Shown piece by piece: positions 57,645-64,000 of a stretch of 64,000 nt of DNA. The position numbers and the translations under genes were made by a program. Every line of letters begins with the position of its first letter. Position 1 is the stretch's first letter. Source of the DNA: Methanosaeta sp. PtaU1.Bin112 (GTDB lineage: Archaea; Halobacteriota; Methanosarcinia; Methanotrichales; Methanotrichaceae); the NCBI GenBank assembly GCA_002067705.1, contig MVRL01000142.1, forward strand, positions 1,142-65,141. The letters are read 5' to 3'. The notes under the pieces are model-generated. The model searched no databases, was not told where the DNA came from, and saw only the letters and a program-made list of their open reading frames with translations.

Positions 57645-58643
57645 TTAGATGATTACTGCCTCATTGCAGCAGCGGCAGGCTTCTTCCATCTCAGCCGTCT
57701 TCGCGCCAGGAAAGTGATCGATCAGGCATAATCCGGCAGGCTTTGCTCTGGAGAAGAGCCGCCGGAGGTCGCCGTGATAGACCTCGATCTCGCATGCTCC
57801 GTGAGCTCGACCGACGAGCACCGGCTCTATTCCTACTTCGCTCTTGGCAGATTCGGGATACTCTATCTCATCGATTCCAAGCAGGCTTCTATTAGCCTCC
57901 AGGTTGAGCAGCACATTTTGCACGCTCTCCAGCCAGGCATCATTGAAGACTACGCGCCTGGCCCCGGCCAGGACGCACATCAATCCCAGCGTTCCCGGAC
58001 CACAGAGCCCATCTACCACATCGCGAAGCTTTCCCTGCAAATATAGCTGCTCAAGAATTCTCATTTTGGGGGCGCTCTGCCTGGAGAATTCTATGTGAAT
58101 TCGCGACTGCCTCTTGTAGACAACTGCTTCCCCAAACAGGCTCTGAGAGATATCGGCGCGCATGTCGCATCCCGCCAGCAGCAGGTTTTCCAGCGGCCTT
58201 GATTCCATATCAGCTATGCCGGCAACGCCACGGTTCAAAATCACTCCCTTAATCTCAGGTATTCTTTCGACCATCGCCTCCGCTGCTTTTTTGCTGTAGC
58301 CGCTGCCGTATAATATCAGGCTCCTGGGCCCAAGCCGGGGTGAATAGGCCAGAGGATAGCCCACCTCAATGAGCGGCGAGCCAACGGAGCGCAATGTATC
58401 ATTCTCATCGCGCAGGCCGAACTGCTGCAGCAGGCGCAGGGCATCGAGCATTACAGCATCCAGCGTAGCTTTGCCGCAAGAGGGGCACCGCTCTACTCTC
58501 TTCGGAAGATGCTTCGACCCTTTAGTCTTGTCCAAATTAGGCTCCGGCGCGCAGGCAGAGCAGGCAGGATACCTCTGCTCGATTCCTGCCAGAACCTCTC
58601 TTGCAGGCTGAATGCAGCCTTTTCCGCAAACAGGGCACTTCAT
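57645..58643 (-). CDS. Hypothetical protein with N-terminal Zn-finger-like Cys pairs and SAM-methyltransferase-like motif
   Basis: CPVC, CSAC, CPSC; VDGLCGPGTLG (motif I-like), FNDAW, LIDHFPG. Confidence 0.75.
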   Translation of the reverse strand: MKCPVCGKGCIQPAREVLAGIEQRYPACSACAPEPNLDKTKGSKHLPKRVERCPSCGKATLDAVMLDALRLLQQFGLRDENDTLRSVGSPLIEVGYPLAYSPRLGPRSLILYGSGYSKKAAEAMVERIPEIKGVILNRGVAGIADMESRPLENLLLAGCDMRADISQSLFGEAVVYKRQSRIHIEFSRQSAPKMRILEQLYLQGKLRDVVDGLCGPGTLGLMCVLAGARRVVFNDAWLESVQNVLLNLEANRSLLGIDEIEYPESAKSEVGIEPVLVGRAHGACEIEVYHGDLRRLFSRAKPAGLCLIDHFPGAKTAEMEEACRCCNEAVII

Positions 58644-58754
58644 TGTATGTCGGCCTCCTGGGTGTATTTCGCCATTTATGAGACAATATCGCCTTTTCCT
58701 TTAGAAAGGTTTGTAAATAAGAAAAACATTAAGGCGGCGAAGGTGGTTTTGGAC

Positions 58755-60023
58755 ATGGCACAGAGAGGCATTAGGGAATACGATGCAAAACGTTTGCTGG
58801 CAGGATTCCTTCCCCAGTACCTCAAAGAATTCTCCTATAAAGGCGATCTCGCCCTTGTGGGACCGGAGACCGATCTTGAGGAGCTGGCATCAGTTCATCC
58901 CTGGCTTAAGACAAGCAAGCTTGTCGTCAAGCCTGATCAGCTCTTTGGAAAGAGGGGCAAATATGGTCTGGTTCTTTTGGATGCTGATTGGGATAGTGCG
59001 AAGAAGTACCTTCAGGAGAACATGGGTGCATTGGTCACCGTAGGAAACATAACCGGAAGGCTATCACATTTCTTAATTGAACCCTTCATACCCCATGAGG
59101 AGGAGCTCTATGTGGCCATCAGTTCGGAAAGTGATGGCGACAATATCTTCTTCTCCATGAAAGGCGGGGTCTTTGTCGAAGAGAACTGGGACAGCGTAAT
59201 CCGTTTTCATGTAGACCTGCTGGACGGAATAGAGGGCATTGACATTAAGTCCAGGCTTCCGGAGGGTCTCGGTGAAAAGAGAGTCGCCGTAGAGAATTTC
59301 ATCAAGGCTCTGTGGCGCTTTTATGCCGATAGCGGCTTTTGCTACCTGGAGATCAATCCCTTTACCTTCCGGAATGGGTCCATTGTGCCTCTGGATATGG
59401 TGGCCAAGCTTGATGATGCTGAGGAGTACTGGCAGAGGAAGAGATGGCTCGGCCTTTCATTCCCAGAGCCATTCGGCAGAACTCTGTCCAAGGAAGAATT
59501 GTTCATCAAGGAGCTTGATTCCAAGACAGGCGCATCTTTGAAGCTGACAATTCTAAATCCGGAAGGCCGGGTCTGGACGATGGTAGCCGGAGGTGGAGCT
59601 AGTGTCATTTATGCCGATACCATTTGCGATCTGGGTCATGCCAGGGAGATGGCCAATTACGGCGAATACAGCGGCGACCCAAATACAGAGGAGACCTATT
59701 ATTACACCAAGACCATTTTGGACCTGATGACACGCCATAAAGATCCTCGGGGAAAGATGCTGCTTATCGGCGGCGCCATTGCCAACTTCACGGATGTGGC
59801 CAAGACCTTCAAGGGAGTGGTCATGGCACTGGAAGAGTACCAGCCAAAGCTGCAGGAAGCAGGCGTCAAGATTTATGTGAGAAGAGGCGGCCCCAATTAT
59901 GAGCAGGGCCTCAAGCTTATGCGCAATTTAGGAAAGAAGCTAGGTGTGCCCATTGAAGTCTACGGACCAGAGACGCATATGACGAGAATTGTTCCCCTGG
60001 CCCTGGGTGGTGCTTTGCAATGA
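58755..60023 (+). CDS. aclB: ATP-citrate lyase, beta (ATP-grasp) subunit
   Basis: IREYDAKRLL, VVKPDQLFGKRGK, YLEINP, WTMVAGGGASV, ANYGEYSG, GGAIANFTDVA, RRGGPNY. Confidence 0.93.
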   Translation: MAQRGIREYDAKRLLAGFLPQYLKEFSYKGDLALVGPETDLEELASVHPWLKTSKLVVKPDQLFGKRGKYGLVLLDADWDSAKKYLQENMGALVTVGNITGRLSHFLIEPFIPHEEELYVAISSESDGDNIFFSMKGGVFVEENWDSVIRFHVDLLDGIEGIDIKSRLPEGLGEKRVAVENFIKALWRFYADSGFCYLEINPFTFRNGSIVPLDMVAKLDDAEEYWQRKRWLGLSFPEPFGRTLSKEELFIKELDSKTGASLKLTILNPEGRVWTMVAGGGASVIYADTICDLGHAREMANYGEYSGDPNTEETYYYTKTILDLMTRHKDPRGKMLLIGGAIANFTDVAKTFKGVVMALEEYQPKLQEAGVKIYVRRGGPNYEQGLKLMRNLGKKLGVPIEVYGPETHMTRIVPLALGGALQ

Positions 60024-61897
60024 GCGAAACATCAAAAAAGAGTTACGTTCTATTTGACAGGAATACGAAAGCCTTTGTCTACGGCTATCAGACCAATGCC
60101 ATCCAGCGCATGCTGGATTTCGATTTCATCTGCAACCGTCCCGAGCCCAGCATCTCTGCCATCATCAATCCCAGCCGAGCCGGTATCCACAAGGCCTTTT
60201 GGGGAACTAAAGAGATCCTCCTGCCCATGTACAAAAGCATCCCCCTGGCGGCCAAGGCCTATCCTGAAGGAGATGTAATGGTCAATTTCGCTTCGCACCG
60301 TTCCGCTTTTGATACCACTATGGAAGCGCTGGCTGAGGACAGCATTCGCATCGTGGCAGTCATCGCCGAGGGTGTGCCTGAGAGGCAGTCGCGCATCATG
60401 AGCCTCACCGCCAGAAAGCAGGGCAAGATGGTCATCGGTCCAGCCACGGTTGGAGGCATGACCGCAGGGGCTTTTCGCATAGGCAATACCGCCGGCACAA
60501 TTGAGAATATCATCGCCTCCAAGCTCTATCGGCCTGGCTGTGTGGGCTTTGTCTCCAAGTCGGGAGGAATGCTCAATGAGGCATTCAATATCATCTCCAG
60601 AAACTCAGACGGAATTTACGAAGGGGTGGCCATTGGCGGAGACCGCTATCCCGGGTCGACCATGCTCGATCATATCCTGCGCTATGAAGAGAATCCCGCC
60701 ATCAAGATGATCGCCTGCCTGGGCGAGCTGGGCGGAGAGGATGAGTACAGGATCATCACCGCACTGAAAGACGGCAGGATTAAAAAGCCGCTGGTGGCCT
60801 GGGTCACTGGAACCTGCTCGCCAGTTCTTCCCGCCAGCGTTCAATTCGGCCATGCCGGAGCCAAGGCGGATACCCAAAAAGAGACCGCCCAGGCCAAGAA
60901 TGATGCCTTCAGAGAGGCTGGAGCCTTTGTGCCCCAATCATTTGACGGCTACGGGGATACCGTTCGGCGGGTCTACGATATGCTGCTCTCCCAGGGCAAG
61001 GTGGCGCCCCTCGTAGAACCTGAAGTGCCCAAGATCCCGGCGGACTACAGCAAGGCGTTGGCATCAGGCGATATCAGAAAGCCGACCACTTTCATCTGCA
61101 CGATATCCGATGACAGCGGAGAAGAGGTGCTCTATGCCGGCAAGAGGCTCTCCAGCGTTCTCGAAGAGAAGATGGGTATCGGCGGGGTCATTGGCCTGTT
61201 ATGGTTCAAGAAGGAGCTGCCAGAATATGCCGTAGGTTTCATTGAGCTGGTTCTGCAGATCGTGGCTGATCATGGTCCGGCAGTATCCGGAGCCCATAAC
61301 GCCATTGTGGCTTCATGCGCTGGAAAGGATCTCATATCGTCACTGTGCAGTGGCCTTCTGACCATCGGCCCGCGATTCGGGGGAGCTATAGACGATGCCG
61401 CCCGCGAGTTCAAGCACGCCAGAGAGACGAATATGACGCCCGAGCAGTTTGTCAAGGAGATGAAGAGAAAGGGCATCAACATCCCTGGCATCGGCCATAA
61501 GATCAAGAGCGTCAAGAATCCGGATAAGCGCGTTCAGCTGCTCATAAGCTACGCTAAATCCAACTTCCCAAGCACAGAGCTGCTCGATTACGCATTGCAG
61601 GTGGAGGAGCTGACGACCGCCAAGAAAGGAAATCTGATCCTGAATGTGGATGGCTGTATAGGCATTCTGTTTCTGGATCTGATGAAGTCATGCGGTGTTT
61701 TCAGCCAGGCGGAGATAGATGAGGTTGTCCGGCTTGGATATCTCAACGGTCTGTTTGCTCTGGGCAGAAGCATCGGCCTGATCGGCCATATCCTGGACCA
61801 AAAGCGTCTGGGCTCAAGGCTCTACCGCCATCCTGCGGACGACATCGCCTACATGATGCCTTCTAAGGATGAGATTAGGTGCAAGCGTGCAGCTTAA
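60020..61897 (+). CDS. aclA: ATP-citrate lyase, alpha subunit (phospho-His and citryl-CoA lyase domains)
   Basis: IAEGVPE, IGPATVGG, SKSGGML, QFGHAGA, ADHGPAVSGAHN, IGPRFGGA, GIGHKIKS, NVDG. Confidence 0.94.
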   Translation: MSETSKKSYVLFDRNTKAFVYGYQTNAIQRMLDFDFICNRPEPSISAIINPSRAGIHKAFWGTKEILLPMYKSIPLAAKAYPEGDVMVNFASHRSAFDTTMEALAEDSIRIVAVIAEGVPERQSRIMSLTARKQGKMVIGPATVGGMTAGAFRIGNTAGTIENIIASKLYRPGCVGFVSKSGGMLNEAFNIISRNSDGIYEGVAIGGDRYPGSTMLDHILRYEENPAIKMIACLGELGGEDEYRIITALKDGRIKKPLVAWVTGTCSPVLPASVQFGHAGAKADTQKETAQAKNDAFREAGAFVPQSFDGYGDTVRRVYDMLLSQGKVAPLVEPEVPKIPADYSKALASGDIRKPTTFICTISDDSGEEVLYAGKRLSSVLEEKMGIGGVIGLLWFKKELPEYAVGFIELVLQIVADHGPAVSGAHNAIVASCAGKDLISSLCSGLLTIGPRFGGAIDDAAREFKHARETNMTPEQFVKEMKRKGINIPGIGHKIKSVKNPDKRVQLLISYAKSNFPSTELLDYALQVEELTTAKKGNLILNVDGCIGILFLDLMKSCGVFSQAEIDEVVRLGYLNGLFALGRSIGLIGHILDQKRLGSRLYRHPADDIAYMMPSKDEIRCKRAA

Positions 61898-61936
61898 GTG
61901 ATAGTATCGCCATTTAGCTGAGAGGCGAGCGAGAAA

Positions 61937-63184
61937 ATGGCGACTGGAACTATAAGCCAAAAAATTTTTTCACGAGCCTCCGGTTCTGCCGGGATGGTGG
62001 AGCCGGGGGAGATAGTTGAGGCAGGCGTGGATTATGCCATGTCTCACGATGGAACGAGCGTTCTGGCCATAAAGGCGTTCCAGGAGATGGGGTCACAGAG
62101 GGTCTGGGATCCGGAAAAGATCGTAATACCCTTTGACCATATCGTTCCTGCCAACAATGAGACCGCAGCGGAGCTGCAGAGGGATGTGCGGGCCTGGGCG
62201 AGAGGGCAGAATATATCCAACTTTTTTGACTGCGGCAACGGAGTCTGTCATCAGGTCTTTCCGGAAGGCGGATTTGCTCTGCCGGGTCTGCTGTTGGTAG
62301 GAGCGGATTCGCACTCTTGCACCTACGGAGCCCTGGGGGCCTTTGGCACCGGCGTGGGTGCAACCGACATGGCCGAGATCTATTCCCGGGGACGCCTCTG
62401 GTTCAAGGTGCCTGAGACCATAGCGGTGCGCGTCACCGGGACGCCCAGGCCGTTCGTCTCCGCCAAGGACATCGCCCTCATGGTAATCGGCAAGCTGGGC
62501 GCGGATGGGGCTACATACAAGACCGTGGAGTACATCGGCCCGACCATTGAGGCTCTGAGCATATCGGGAAGGATGACGCTCTGCAATTTGGGAGTGGAGA
62601 TGGGAGCCAAGGCGGCCATAGTTCCGCCGGATAAGAAGACGCATGCATGGCTCGCAGGCCGGGCGCGGCAGCCTTACAAATCAGTCCATTCCGATCCGGA
62701 TTGTTACGATTACGAGCATGAGTACGACATCGCCGATCTGGAGCCGCAGGTGGCTGCACCTTACCGGGTGGACAATGTGAGGCCGGTCTCAGAGCTGGAG
62801 GGGCTGAAGGTGGATCAGGTCTTCATAGGCACCTGCACCAACGGTAGATTGGAGGATCTGGATCAGGCGGCCCGGATTCTCAAGGGAAAGCGAGTAGTAG
62901 CCAGGACTCTGGTAATACCAGCCTCGCGGGAGGTCCTGCTGGAGGCGCTGGCAAGCGGCATCATCCAGACATTGGTTGAAGCTGGGGCGATGATCGGGCC
63001 GCCCGGATGCGGGCCCTGCCTGGGGGCTCATATGGGCGTCCTGGCGGAAGGAGAGGTCTGCGTATCCACGTCCAACCGGAATTTTCCAGGGCGGATGGGC
63101 AAAGGCGGGCTGGTTTATCTGGCAAGCCCTGCCACAGCGGCAGCTTCGGCCCTGACTGGTTATCTGTCTGTTCCTGAGATCTGA
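61937..63184 (+). CDS. Aconitase-family hydro-lyase large subunit (3-isopropylmalate dehydratase / homoaconitase type)
   Basis: [58 protein letters not shown]. Confidence 0.92.
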   Translation: MATGTISQKIFSRASGSAGMVEPGEIVEAGVDYAMSHDGTSVLAIKAFQEMGSQRVWDPEKIVIPFDHIVPANNETAAELQRDVRAWARGQNISNFFDCGNGVCHQVFPEGGFALPGLLLVGADSHSCTYGALGAFGTGVGATDMAEIYSRGRLWFKVPETIAVRVTGTPRPFVSAKDIALMVIGKLGADGATYKTVEYIGPTIEALSISGRMTLCNLGVEMGAKAAIVPPDKKTHAWLAGRARQPYKSVHSDPDCYDYEHEYDIADLEPQVAAPYRVDNVRPVSELEGLKVDQVFIGTCTNGRLEDLDQAARILKGKRVVARTLVIPASREVLLEALASGIIQTLVEAGAMIGPPGCGPCLGAHMGVLAEGEVCVSTSNRNFPGRMGKGGLVYLASPATAAASALTGYLSVPEI

Positions 63185-63192
63185 GGGGATTC

Positions 63193-63858
63193 ATGAGATT
63201 TGATCTGCATGTTCATTCCAACTGCTCAGACGGCAGGGATGAGGTCCGGACCATTCTGCGAGCTGCCGCAGGGCGGGGCCTGTCCGGCCTGTCCATAACC
63301 GATCATGACACCCTGCAGGGCTCGCTGAAGGCCCTCAGAATCATCCGGGAGGAGAAGCTGGACCTGATCCTCATATCTGGAGGAGAGGTCACCACCGACG
63401 AAGGGCACCTGCTGGTCCTGGGAGTGCAGGAGCTTCCCCCCAGGGGGCGCAGCCCAGAAGAAACGGCGGAGATGGCCCATGAGCAGGGGGGAATCGCCAT
63501 CGTTCCCCATCCCTACCATCCATTTCGGCATGCAATCGGGCGAATACCGGACTGCGATGCGGTGGAGGTCTACAACTCCAAGCACCTCTTCGGCATAGCC
63601 AACGCCCGGGCGAGAATGGGCGCAAAGAAGCGGCACCTGCCAATGGTCGCGGGAAGCGACTCGCATTTTGCCGCTACAGTGGGATTGGGTGTGACAGAGA
63701 TTGAGGCGGATGATGCCGAAGAAGCAGTGGCCGCCATCCGGGATGGGCGAACGAGGGTAATCGGGAAGCGGACGCCGCCGAAGTTCTTCATCGGAAACAC
63801 TGTGCAGTCGATATGCCGGATTGTGAAGAAGGGAGTGAGGAGAGGGCGGAAAGTGTAG
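63193..63858 (+). CDS. PHP-domain metal-dependent phosphoesterase
   Basis: DLHVHS, SITDHD, GHLLVLG, PHPYH, AGSDSH. Confidence 0.92.
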   Translation: MRFDLHVHSNCSDGRDEVRTILRAAAGRGLSGLSITDHDTLQGSLKALRIIREEKLDLILISGGEVTTDEGHLLVLGVQELPPRGRSPEETAEMAHEQGGIAIVPHPYHPFRHAIGRIPDCDAVEVYNSKHLFGIANARARMGAKKRHLPMVAGSDSHFAATVGLGVTEIEADDAEEAVAAIRDGRTRVIGKRTPPKFFIGNTVQSICRIVKKGVRRGRKV

Positions 63859-64000
63859 TTATGGATATCTTGACTTTGTCGCATAATACTACTTAATAGG
63901 TCATGCATAATTTCGCGGATGTAAGTTTGATAACAGAGCAGATTTCTTAAAATCTTGATTCAGCGGATATAATGCTGATTTTCATATGATTTGCCATCCG

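Noticed and set aside
57565-57645. tRNA-Pro as an integration site
   Set aside because: No integrase, and I saw no duplicated tRNA 3' end elsewhere in the window. The flanks are ordinary genes.

Overview
Archaeal chromosomal window from a methanogen, most consistent with Methanothrix (Methanosaeta). The evidence is methanogenesis marker 14, MCR component A2 (atwA), a two-subunit ATP-citrate lyase, PurP, an HPS fusion, RadA/RPA and many secreted hypothetical proteins. The backbone is housekeeping (radA-rpa-atwA-metG, secDF, dapF, R15P isomerase, iscU, purP, glgP, thiI, tRNA-Pro, aclBA, LeuC/HacA-type subunit). Accessory stretches carry secreted hydrolases (M32, Cys-type sulfatase with its radical-SAM maturase, S9, C69), lower-GC patches and several pseudogenes. 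No CRISPR array, rRNA, integrase or transposase was seen. The observations most worth follow-up are: (1) a family-A DNA polymerase, atypical for archaea, with an intact polymerase site but a degenerate proofreading domain; (2) a 200-bp scar joining diverged copies of secD and iscU, as if a second copy of the adjacent 10-kb block had collapsed, next to a decayed hicBA pair; (3) three genes whose best start is an SD-preceded ATT and one with ACG; (4) a stand-alone PriL-C-terminal-like 4-Cys protein coupled to marker 14; (5) an orphan inactivated RecA-like protein with a PIP-box-like tail; (6) small genes missed by the ORF track. All family assignments come from motif recognition by eye; no database searches were run.
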